Part shown: positions 24,488 through 35,055 of the stretch, piece by piece | Numbering within the stretch: position 1 is the stretch's first letter | Layout: every line of letters starts with the position of its first letter | The notes under the pieces: generated by a model | Told to the model about the DNA's origin: nothing | Database searches by the model: none | What the model saw: the letters and a program-made list of their open reading frames with translations, nothing else | Made by a program: the position numbers and the translations under genes | NCBI GenBank assembly: GCA_964016885.1 | Contig: OZ024740.1 | Location: forward strand, 286,874,001-286,938,000 | DNA length: 64,000 nucleotides | Direction of reading: 5' to 3' | DNA from: Eledone cirrhosa | Lineage: Eukaryota

Positions 24488-24586
24488 TATAAAATAAAAT
24501 ATCTGATAATTTATTTTGTTGTGCTAATTCACTTTATAAGCAACTAGCAGAGGTACCTGGCGTTGCTCAGGTATTAAATAGCAGTC

Positions 24587-24607
24587 ATGTGTATGTATGT
24601 ATATGTA

Positions 24608-24638
<31 letters not shown>

Positions 24639-25181
24639 GTATGTATGTGTGTTATATGTATATATGCATATGTATATATTGTGTGTTATATATATATATG
24701 CATATGTATATATTGTGTGTTATATGTATATATGCATATGTATGTATGTACATATGTGTATGTATGTATGTATATTATATATATACCTATTTGTATGTGT
24801 TTTTAGGCATATATGCATGCATGTGTGCGTGTATATGCGTATATATATGTGTGTAGGTATATGTACGTGTGCGCGTGTTTATGCGTATGTGTGTATGTTT
24901 ATATGTATGTATGGTGTGCGTATACGCGTATGCATGTGTATGTACGAGTATATGTATGTGTGTGTATATGTGTACGTATATGAGTGTATTGTATGCATAT
25001 GCGTGTGTAGGTAGGTATGTATATATGTGTATATATATATGTGTATATGTATATATATGTGTATCGTTGGCGAGTACTTACTGCTCGATGCGCCGAACGG
25101 CGTGGAAGAATCTAAGATGTATGTATATGAATGTATATATATGCATATGTATATATGTTTGTATGTGTATGCGTGCATATG

Positions 25182-25220
<39 letters not shown>

Positions 25221-25260
25221 TATATTTGTGTGTACGTATGTGTCGGCGCATACTTATACA
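24587..25260. repeat. Compound (TA/TG)n microsatellite
   Basis: About 670 bp of alternating purine-pyrimidine sequence; explains the Y/V/C/I/M-rich ORFs in the track. Confidence 0.95.
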
Positions 25261-25368
25261 CTGGCCTAAATCTTATCTATTATTTGCTTTTACTATTTTA
25301 ATAATCTCTGTCATTTCCGTTTAACATCATATTATTCTTAAACTCTGGAGCTGAGAATCATTCGATTA

Positions 25369-25955
25369 TCTGTATATATATAAAGCTGAAGTTTTCTGTG
25401 TGTGTGTGTGTGTGGACAATTTTTAATGAGGGCTCATATATTCTAAACCATTCATGTGATTTCTTTGAAATTTTTTTACAGAGCTTCTCCTTGTACAAAA
25501 CCTGTACATGATCTACAAAGGCTTTCAAAAATCGATATTGGGGCCTTTGGAGACATGAAAAAAGTGTTGGTTATTTGTGTCAATTTTCGTGATTAAGTAA
25601 GACAAGAGTTATCTTTCGTCAATACAATAGGAACTCATTTTTGATGTCAAAAATTTTGTTTGGGGATTTTGATTATTACAGTTCGGCTCATTCGGATTTT
25701 ACTTTACTCTTTGTACTAAAACAAAAGATTTTACTGTTGTCAAAAAAATTTATACCTAGACTGGATTTCTGTTGTTACATGGGGTAACGGATGACACCGA
25801 GCTCACATATTAATTATTTTGCTGGAATAGTGCCTAAGGTTTTCATGTTTACATAAAGTACGTTTTTCTTCTATGTATTCAAATTTACTTTGTTTAGTTT
25901 AATGAACTACATCGAAAGCTACTTGAACCGTCCAAAGGACGAGTACTTTAGCTAG
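25369..25955 (+). mobile_element. Non-autonomous Helitron-like element
   Basis: A|TCTGTATATATATAAAGCTGAAG start, 3' hairpin cgtccaaaggacg and gCTAG|T end. Confidence 0.65.
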
Positions 25956-26043
25956 TTCTAAATAGAATATAATCCAATGATTCCCTTTATACCATAAACG
26001 TGTTTTTGTCTTTGCTTAAACTTCAATCTGTTCTTATAGTATA

Positions 26044-26959
26044 CTAGCAGTGGTACCCGGCGTTGCACGGGATAAGTTATTTTGGAACGTGGTCCGCCAA
26101 CAGACCTAATCGTGGAAAAACTGCATGCCTGGACAATATGTAAAGAAAATAAACCGAATACTCTGATGGCTGGATAATCTTTAAGATTTTCCTCGATGAT
26201 GCAGGAAAACTGTAGGTTTTCACCTAATGCGGGCCCTAGCGGATCAAGAAAATGAATTTTTTTATGTGCATAATATACCTTGAAATTTCGGAAAAATCAG
26301 CTAGACGTAACGCCTCCAAAAAGCCCTAAGAAGCTGAAAAAAAGGAAGTTTTTCACCTAATGCGGGCCCTAGGCCATAAAAAAGTTGGATTTTCTTTGCT
26401 TACGGTATGAAGAAGAGACTGACTAATACATAGTTACAATTTCAAGGAAATCGGTCTCACGTAACGCCTCAAAAACCCCCTAGGAACCTGAAAAAACGCA
26501 GTTTTTCACCTAATGTGGGCCCTAGTTGAATTTTTATTTATGTGCATAACACTCCCTGAAACATAAGTAACACAAATGTAAAGTCTAAAAAAAATCGGTT
26601 GGGTACTTCTCGAGTTTTAGGGATTCAAACTCACAGACACACGCACACACAGACAGACATCCTCAGGAAAGCGACGTAATGCAGACAGCCAGACATACAG
26701 ACAGATATTATAAGGGCGTGACGTTATAAGTATGTATCTATCTAAAAAGAGAAAGACTAAGAATTATAGAGCGAGATCGCTAAATCGCCTAATGTGGTCC
26801 CTGGAGCATAGAAAATTTGAAATTTTTGCTCAGAACACTCCCTGAAACATAAGTGTTACATGTGTAAAGTTTGAAAACAGTCGGTTTGGTGGTTCTCGAG
26901 TTTTAGGGATTCGAATTCACACACACACAGACAGATATCCTCAGTTTTATATATATAGA
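26044..26959 (-). mobile_element. Non-autonomous Helitron (copy 2, inverted relative to 20354-21259)
   Basis: Same termini and internal sequence as copy 1 in reverse complement, with scattered substitutions and small indels. Confidence 0.85.
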
Positions 26960-28103
26960 TTATATATATATATAGATAGATAGATGCGTGTTCGTGTGTG
27001 TGTGCGGACATTGTAACTTCCCTGGGGACACACAACACACACACAGTCACAGTACGTCTTGTGTGAAAGAGCGAGGGGAAGAGACGTAAGGTTGAAGAAG
27101 GTGGAGTGTTGAACAGTGTGTAAAGAATAAATAAATAAAAGTTAAAGTTATGGAACGTTACTGTCATTTTCTCCCCTCCCCAATCCACCTCTCTCTCTTT
27201 CTTTCTCAACCCTCTCTCTCTCTCAGACCCCTTTCTCTCTTTCTCTACAGAATGGAGAACAATCAAGAGCGTGCATATCTCTCTCTCTCTGTCTTTATAT
27301 ATGTGTGTGTGTGTTCTTCACCAGCGTTCTTCACCATTCTCTCTCTATTTTTCTCTATCTGAATATCTTGTACCTCTCTCTGTATAATGGCCTATCTCAC
27401 TCTCTTTAGATGTATATGTATGTATATGTGTGTGTGTGTAGTTTTTGTGCAACCAACCAACCAATATTTATCTAAGGGCCACATTAGACAAAAGCTTGAA
27501 CATTTTATGATTCCAAAACACTCCTGGGAACATAATGCATGTTTGTTCCAAATTTAAAGAAAATTGGTTGCAAACTGTAGAAGTTATGTGGGTACGGACA
27601 TACACATACACATCCTCAGTTTTATATATATAGATTAATTAAATTTCCAAATAAAGTTTCAGAAACAGACAAACATATACAAAAAACACTCAAACAAAAG
27701 AAATCATTGTTTTTGAGAATGTGCTATTAAAAAATATTACGAATTACCTGCTCAAATTCCAAGTGATTGGCTATTGCAGTATGTAAAATAACAGAATGGA
27801 AAAAAAGATTCTTTGAGACACATATTCCTAGGAAGAGTGAGACAAAAATGTAGTTGGAAAAGGACTGTGACAGAGTTTGAGAGTTTCAAAAGAGAAACAG
27901 AAAATGGTATTGTACTGCTGTGAAAGAAACTGTGCTTTGCAGAGGGTATGCTACCTTCATATTCAATCAGATCTAGTGCATTACATACAAATTAGAGAAA
28001 ATATAATGTACAGATGTAATTTAGAATTGTATATTTTAAAATCTTGAGTTAAAAACAATTTATTTATCATATTAATTGAAATAAAACCTGTTTTGATTTT
28101 CAG

Positions 28104-28175
28104 AATCCTTGGAAAAAGTTTTTAGGTGTCTGTAATGATTTGGATCACTCTTTGAACAAATGTCTTAAAGATGAG
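28104..28175 (+). CDS. CMC2: CMC2 coding exon 2
   Basis: ttttcag|AAT...GAG|gtaaga, phase 0. NPWKKFLGVCNDLDHSLNKCLKDE contains the second CX9C. Confidence 0.93.
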
Positions 28176-28689
28176 GTAAGAATCTACCATATATATATTT
28201 CCAAATATTACAATTGATTTTTTTTTTTTTTTGTTACTTCCAGAAATGTTAGCATGAGGAGGGTGAATACAAGAGAAATCATGACAGAAGTAGTGAGATA
28301 TGGGAGAGAGATTCTGTTGGAGGGAGCAATAGAAGAGTGACAGTAATGAGAAAAAACCCCAAAATATACTAAGTAAAGTCTTAGTAAGTAAGAAAGTAGA
28401 CAGGACCCTACTTCCATCTGGAAAATGGCTGTACTTGATCTTCAGAAAAGGACTAGGTAGAAATTTAATATAATGTATCCATTGGATTCATAAGATGTGT
28501 AGTAGGATCACAGACAGGCTGACAAAGAAGGTACATTTTGTGAAGCATAGAAATAGTTATTAGTAAACGTATATGAAAAATAAATTCCTTCAGATGCCTG
28601 AAAGGCTCACTAGAAGTAGTTGATAGTTTTTTTTTTTATCTAGCATTTGGGGAGGGTATATTGGAAGCACAGTAGTCAGATTGGCAACA

Positions 28690-29150
28690 AAGGGTTTTTC
28701 ACTCAGAGTTAAAGGCAATTTATATGATATTATGATATTTGTGTGTGAAGTGCAGTGCTGCATGATAGTGAAGCTTGGGTCTTAAATTTAGAAGATTTAC
28801 AGAGGAATAATCAAGGAATTCATCAAAAAAAGAACATCTGAGTATTGCAGTGGCTAGCAAATGCAGTAGAACATTTAAGGAAACAGGTTGACATGAATAT
28901 TTATTCAACAAAAGAAATACAGGAAATTGATATTACTGAGACATGAAGCTTGGGTCTTGAATTTAGAAGATTTACAGAGGAATAATCAAGGAATTCATCA
29001 AAACAAGAACATCTGAGTATTGCAGTGGCTAGCAAATGCAGTAGAACATTTAAGGAAACAGGTTGACATGAATATTTATTCAACGAAAGAAATACAGGAA
29101 ATTGAGTGAATTGAATTCAGAAAATGTGATCATCAAACTTATAAATTCAA
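28690..29150 (+). mobile_element. Decayed RTE fragment with a 162-bp tandem duplication (28769-28930 / 28944-29105)
   Basis: gcaacaaagggtttttcactcagagttaaagg...catgatagtgaagcttggg corresponds to the KGFSLR...HGSETW region of the intact RTE. The two copies differ at 3 positions. Confidence 0.7.
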
Positions 29151-29568
29151 TATTTTCTAGATGTGATTCAGTTTTGAGGATTTTATTATGATTTTCTTCT
29201 TCACATTTATTAATACACATATCCCATTGCGCTATATATGCATTAAATGATCTTAGATAAGTGGATGTTCATTTTTGTGGCATTGTTGATATAGTCCATT
29301 ATTGCATAGGACTAATTTTAAATTTTCTTATTTAAACTTGAATTATATAAAAGACTGAAAAAAATTCTCTTTCTATACATATATAATTTGAATCATAAAT
29401 GATTAAATAAACAGAAATGATTAACATTTAGTCATCAGTATATTCTTGTCTTTAAACTGAGTGATGCCACTGTATGTATATTTATAAAGCTGTCAATCAT
29501 TTAATAGTGATCTGGAAATCATTTAATGTGTTTGTTTGTTTTTTTTTTGTCTTTTTCCTTTTTGCCAG

Positions 29569-29637
29569 CGAGAAAGTCGCCGAAAAAGTAATGCATCAAA
29601 AACAAGAAGGAATCTGTGTGAAGTAAATAACATGTGA
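29569..29637 (+). CDS. CMC2: CMC2 last coding exon
   Basis: Long polypyrimidine tract, ttgccag|CGA. RESRRKSNASKTRRNLCEVNNM*; total 73 aa, as expected for CMC2. Confidence 0.85.
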   Translation, partial: RESRRKSNASKTRRNLCEVNNM

Positions 29638-30720
29638 CTGAGAAGGAAAATGAAATTAAAAAAACACTTGAAAATTGATTTATATCTTTTTGGTGCTGAA
29701 TTTTAAAGATCATCAACTTCTAAAATGTTATTTTGCTTTAATAACTGATAAAAATTAGAGTAAACTTTTGCAATGGTTTATATGACTGATATTTTGAAAG
29801 GTTGGTATCATGTGAAATGAACCTCCTGCTATCTAATTGTAGTACTTTGTAGGAACTATCTCATTTACATTACTACTCTTTCTTTGTTACCTATGTATAT
29901 GAAATCAATATAAATGATATTACTGAGACATGACTTATTTTTCTTCTATAAAACAATAATAAAATTGAAAAGATTTGAATTTTGTTATCCATGTTAACAT
30001 CAAATTTGAGAAAAATGTATGCTTGATAAATCTGTCTCTATCCTTTGCTTTTTCTTTTCCCTATTTTTACTGCAATTTCACACGTGTTAGTATGGGTGGA
30101 TGTATTTGAAAATTTGGATGTATGTATCAAATTTTCTCTTGTTTTTTAGTTAGAAGACAGAGACAGCAAACCCTCTTAGGCTGGTGAGCTTGATGTAGTT
30201 GGTGTTTAGCTTGAACTTCAGTAGGTTGACACCTGTATGAAAAATGTAGGTAGGGACTGAAATCTAGGAGCTGCAGTAATGAGGTGGACTGATTGGAGGG
30301 GAATGTAGGATTTGGAAATGAAATATAATAGGGTTGTTAAAAAGAGGAGTTGGGTTTAGAAAGAGGTGATACACAGCTTAAAAGTTCAGGGAAGCAGAAG
30401 CTGTCAGAGTAGTGGTGGTAGAAGAGATAGTGAGGAAAAACAGTATATTGATGAGCTAGCGAATGTAGTATGTTGATGAGTAAAAGTTTATCATTCACTT
30501 GGATGACCATTTATTGAATGTTATCTTTCATGTTTGTGTGTATAGTATGAGCAATGTCCTAGATATATGAACACTATGCTAAAGTAGTTGCAATTTTGCT
30601 TTGTAGCAGCTCGGCAATTAATCAAAGCTGAAGTACTGTCTGACCCTGAAGAGGAATTCTAATGTTAATGTATAAGTGCAGTTGCCATGTAAGGTATTTG
30701 AAGTTGTGTGGAATAACATT

Positions 30721-30920
30721 TTAACTATTTAGCATTCATATTACTCTATATTTACTATTGTATTTTCACCGACGTGGCTTTATCTCACATAATATCAAAT
30801 CTACAAGATTTTGATATTTATTTTGAGAACAATACTTTAACGTTGGTATGAGTGGCCAGTTATGACCAGTTTGGACATAAATCTGGCCAAATGTGGCTAG
30901 TTTAAATGCTAAATGGTTAA
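30721..30920. mobile_element. TTAA-flanked MITE
   Basis: ttaactatttagcatt ... aatgctaaatggttaa TIRs. Related inverted copy at 32849-33067. Confidence 0.7.
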
Positions 30921-31539
30921 ACAAGTTTAGTTGCATTCAGTATGTACTTGGCATAGTTAAAGACTGTTTCCTTCATATATGTAGCAAATCTATCTTGGAA
31001 TGAAACAGTTATTGTTTTCCATTGAAAGATGTATTTGAGGTCTGTGTGTGTGTGGATGATACCTGCTTTGGGAGGGTTAAGGAATGAGAGTAGTGTTATC
31101 TGTACAGGACTGGGTATAGTTAGAAATAAAAGCAAGTAATTAATGTATAGAAAGAAGAGTGTGATAAACATTGAGACATTACCAAACCTTCAGATATAAA
31201 AAGTTGATAGAATGTGTGTTGGAGATATCCCTATCAACACACTATGATGGAGTTGTATGACAAGAGATTCTCATAACAAACACAATCTAGCTATATCTTA
31301 TTCTATAATGCTTGTCTTAAAGAATGCTTTCCATTCTTGAGTAGCAGTAGTAACAGTTGTAGTAATAACAATAGGAAAGCCATCTCACAGGACTCCTTCA
31401 GAAAGCCACTAGAATTATTGAATAAATTATAGTGTACACAGGAAATACGTCCAGAAATTTTATTCAGTAACTTCACTCCTGATGATGTTTTTTATTTGAC
31501 TGTTAGGCCAATACATGAACACTGAGGTTAATATATTGG

Positions 31540-31799
31540 TTAACCCTTTTGTGACCATATTGGGAAATACATTATTCAAATGTTTTGATTGATTTTTAAA
31601 ATCATAAAAAATTTTGAGAGATTTAGTAAAATAACTAATGTCTCTAACTAATGTCGCTATTGGTTGGAACATAATATCACAGAAGATTCTTATGTTAAAT
31701 TTAGAGAGCTGGTTTAAATTTGAACAAAATACTTTTGAATGGACAATGTTGTATCAGAATAAGGGGCACTCTCTGGTAAGCTGGTATCAAAAAGGTTAA
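31540..31799. mobile_element. TTAA-flanked piggyBac-like MITE (second family)
   Basis: ttaacccttttgtgacca ... tggtatcaaaaaggttaa TIRs. Confidence 0.75.
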
Positions 31800-32848
31800 A
31801 TCCATACACATATGTACACATGGACAAATTTCACATTTTACAAAATACTTTAATATACCTCGAATCAGTACCAAAGCAAATATGCATTATAATGTACCTT
31901 TAATTAGTTCTATAGCAAATTACTAGTTGAAAACTTTTTGTATATTTTTTATTCAATCATGCCATTCAATTAGAAATTGTAAGAGTAATTATATTTTGCA
32001 GATAATTTGTTGATTTAGTGTTTCAGATTGTCTGTCCATTTTGCACACACACACACACACACACATATATACACATTAATACACCCAACTTTATTCTTGA
32101 CCCCCACTTATCTCACTATCTAATGCAAACAATGCAAACAATCACCACATGGAAGCCTCTCCTAACATTTCAGCCTAGATAATGTGTCTCTAAACCTTTA
32201 ACCTTTCTCTCTCTTTCTCTAATCTATTGAAATATCTATGTATCCAATAAGATCCACTTCCTTGATTCTGCCAATTACTGATATAACACCATCTGTGAAA
32301 CAATTATAAATTTTTATTTACTTTATGAACTTGAGTCTCCTCTTGGTGACTCTCATTATGGTTTTCTTTAAGTCAGATCTACTGGAAATCTGCTCATCTA
32401 TGTCATAAACAGGTGATCTCATCTGTAGGCACTGCTGAGTAGTTTAGAGGTTCACTTCACTATCATGAAGGCCAGTGTTTGATCCCATTGCATGGCATTT
32501 TGAGCAAAGTGTTTTCTACCATAGCCTAGACTCAATCCAAACAAAGTAAGTCAAATTGTACAGATGGAAACTGTATTGAGCCTTGTTGGATGGACTGTAC
32601 CTATTATTTAAAGTGCCAGCTTTGTCACACAGGTTGTTGCACTGATTCTGCCTGAGTATTACATTAAGGGTACAAATATCTATGGAATATTAACTTTAAT
32701 TTTATCAGTCATGAAATTAATCCATCAGTCGGTTGATAATCAATTATTTAATTATCAAAGTTTTTCATCACAGACTGCAACCTTATCAATGACTTTGCCG
32801 CTCTGTGTTTCCTTTTTGTCAATCTTACTCCATCTTTTCCATCTGTCT

Positions 32849-33067
32849 TTAACCCTTTAGCATTTAAACCGGCCAGAATTATCTTACTTCTTTCTGTTCA
32901 AATTGGCTATAGCCAGCTTCCCATATTTATGTTAAGGTATTGTTCTCAAAATAGATCATATCAAAATCTCATAGATTTGATATTATGTGAGATAATTATG
33001 TGAAATAAAGTGTTTACAGTGAAAATACAATAGTAAATATAGAGTAATGTAAATGTGAAAGAGATAA
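32849..33067. mobile_element. TTAA MITE, inverted relative of 30721-30920
   Basis: ttaaccctttagcatttaaacc start; gtgaaaatacaatagtaaatatagagtaat is the reverse complement of ~30740-30769. Confidence 0.65.
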
Positions 33068-34113
33068 ATATTTATTTTTCATTAAAATCTTATGGAGTTG
33101 AATGAAATTTGAAAGTGTATAACTATAAATAGTTTGGTTATCCGATCCATGAGAAAGAAACAAAAATTCTAAATTGAAAAATCAATAAATAAGAATTCTA
33201 GGCAGTGGCTCTGTGGTCAAGAAGTTCACTTTGTAATCATGCTGTTTCTAATTCAGTCCCACCATGTGGCATCTTGGGTAGGTATCTTCTACTATAGTCT
33301 CAGTGAAATTTGGTAGACAGAAAAGGTATAGAAGACCATCATATATATATATATATATATATATAATGTATGTATGTACATTTTTATGATGATACTGTGG
33401 TGATGGTAGTAGTAAAAGAAGAAATAGAAGTGGTATAGTTAGATGCAAGCAACATTTTGAATTGCTATACATTACAATTACAGCTACCTAAATCTTGATA
33501 AGCTCTTCAAAGTGTTCATTTATACAGACTCAATTATCAGATACCAATGATCAAATCTTAGGAAACTCACTCTATAATTATATTGTTTTATTTGTAGAAA
33601 TTACTGTTTCACTAAAGTATGATTATAAGAAAGTATGTAATTCAAAAGCTGCGACAATGCAAAAAGTGTGGTATGATTTAAGATAAGAATGTGGTAACAA
33701 AGCTGCTCTGTGTTATCTGTTCTTTATTTAAATACAACCTTAATTTTCTAGATAAAATCCACGCATCAGAAATCAAAATCCTTGGAAAATTAAAAGAATG
33801 TTTTAGCTTGTATGTGCTATCTTTTGTTACTGTTTATGCCCTTAATAGCCGGAAGTGGTAGTAGGAGGTGTGTGTGCGTTTTTTTTTCTTTTTTTAAATT
33901 TGATATTGTATTTATTAATTTACTTATTTCATATATAATTGAATATACAAGAGAGATAAACACAAATATAAACATACATGTGTTCGAATTGTAAAGGATC
34001 AAGTACACTAGGGTGAAAAAAATACTAACTATAACAATATGGATTGCCAGACTTAATTTAAAGTAATAAATCAAGAAAAAGAAGAACAAACCTATATTGG
34101 GCAACTGCCTGAA

Positions 34114-34191
34114 ACACCTAGACAGCTATAGGAGCTGTTTCGCAAATTATTAAGCGAAGGAATCACCAACTTTCTGCTCTTCAGTAGGTGT
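34114..34191 (-). ncRNA. Type I hammerhead ribozyme, intact
   Basis: Minus strand ACACCUA-CUGAAGA-GCAGA...UUUGC-GAAA-CAGCU-ccuau-AGCUG-UC^UAGGUGU: 7-bp stem I, complete core, G-C closing stem II, 6-bp stem III, GUC cleavage triplet (cut between 34121 and 34120). Confidence 0.88.
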
Positions 34192-34621
34192 AAAAATTAG
34201 TAATCTTTCCACTGCTAAGTATATCAGAAGACTGAATAGTGTGTGAATATGAAATAATGCACATGTCTTCAGAGCCTAGCGTGTCTCATAAACATATGCT
34301 GCTAAAAATAGCAGCCAGGTTTAGACAACATTTAAATTAGCTCAACGAGACGGAGCCGACAATATCAGATATTGAGTTAGAAACTCAAAATAGTCTCTTG
34401 CAATTAAATAGCCTCAAGAAAGAAGTTTTTCTGAGCTGTATAATATAATTGAATATACAAGAGAGATAAACACAAATATAAACATACGTGTTCGAATTGT
34501 AAAGGACCAAGTACACTAAGGTGAAAAAAATACTAACTATAACAATATGGTTTGCCAGACTCAATTTAAAGTAATAAATCAAGAAAAAGAAGAACAAACC
34601 TATATTGGGCAACTGACTGAA

Positions 34622-34699
34622 ACACCTAGACAGTTATAGGAGCTGTTTCGCAAATTATTAAGAGAAGGAATCACCAACTTTCTGCTCTTCAGTGGGTGT
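34622..34699 (-). ncRNA. Type I hammerhead ribozyme, second copy with stem mismatches
   Basis: Same core (CUGAAGA, GAAA, GUC), but one C-A mismatch in stem I (ACACCCA/UAGGUGU) and one in stem III (CAGCU/AACUG). Confidence 0.7.
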
Positions 34700-34775
34700 G
34701 TAAGAGACTATTTTGAGTTTCTAACTCACTATCTTATTTCATATATTGATTTATTAATTATTATTATTTAATATA

Positions 34776-34890
34776 TAATAATAATAATAATAATGAAATT
34801 ATTGTGTACAGTGCTCAGGTGCACTACAACTCATCAAAGGTGCATGTATAGTACATAGAATAATGTACAAATGTCAGGAAAATAAACAGT
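34776..34890 (-). mobile_element. Isolated CR1 3' end with (TTA)n tail
   Basis: aatgaaattattgtgtacagtgctcaggtgcactacaactcatcaa is a diverged copy of the 3' UTR at 34922-35020. Confidence 0.7.
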
Positions 34891-35055
34891 GTATGAGTCA
34901 TGATATAATAACAATAACAATAATGAAATATTGTGCACAGTGCCCAGGTGCACCACAACCCATCAAAAAAGTGCATGTACAGTACATAGGGCAATGCACA
35001 AACATCAGTAAAATGAACAGTGCACACATGTGTGCATGTGTATGGAAGGGGCACA

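Larger units (their letters stand above)
24544..27634 (-). mobile_element. Large microsatellite-rich non-autonomous Helitron containing two nested Helitrons
   Basis: Minus-strand 5' end A|TCTATATATATAAAACTGAGGATG at 27634 and 3' end acctgagcaacgccaggtacctctgCTAG|T at 24544. Pairing these two ends as one element is an inference. Confidence 0.55.
33937..34732 (-). mobile_element. Non-coding hammerhead-ribozyme retroelement (retrozyme / Penelope-like pseudo-LTR type)
   Basis: 14-bp TSD cttatttcatatat (33923-33936, 34733-34746). ~255-bp direct repeats (33933-34191, 34443-34699), each containing a hammerhead. 33-bp inverted segment (34367-34399 vs 34702-34734). Confidence 0.8.

Noticed and set aside
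24587-25269. Many overlapping ORFs rich in Y/V/C/I/M
   Set aside because: Translations of a TA/TG microsatellite.
33817-34612. Duplicated hydrophobic ORFs MPNIGLFFFF...
   Set aside because: Non-ATG starts, T-rich low complexity, and the two copies go out of frame; a by-product of the ribozyme element repeats.
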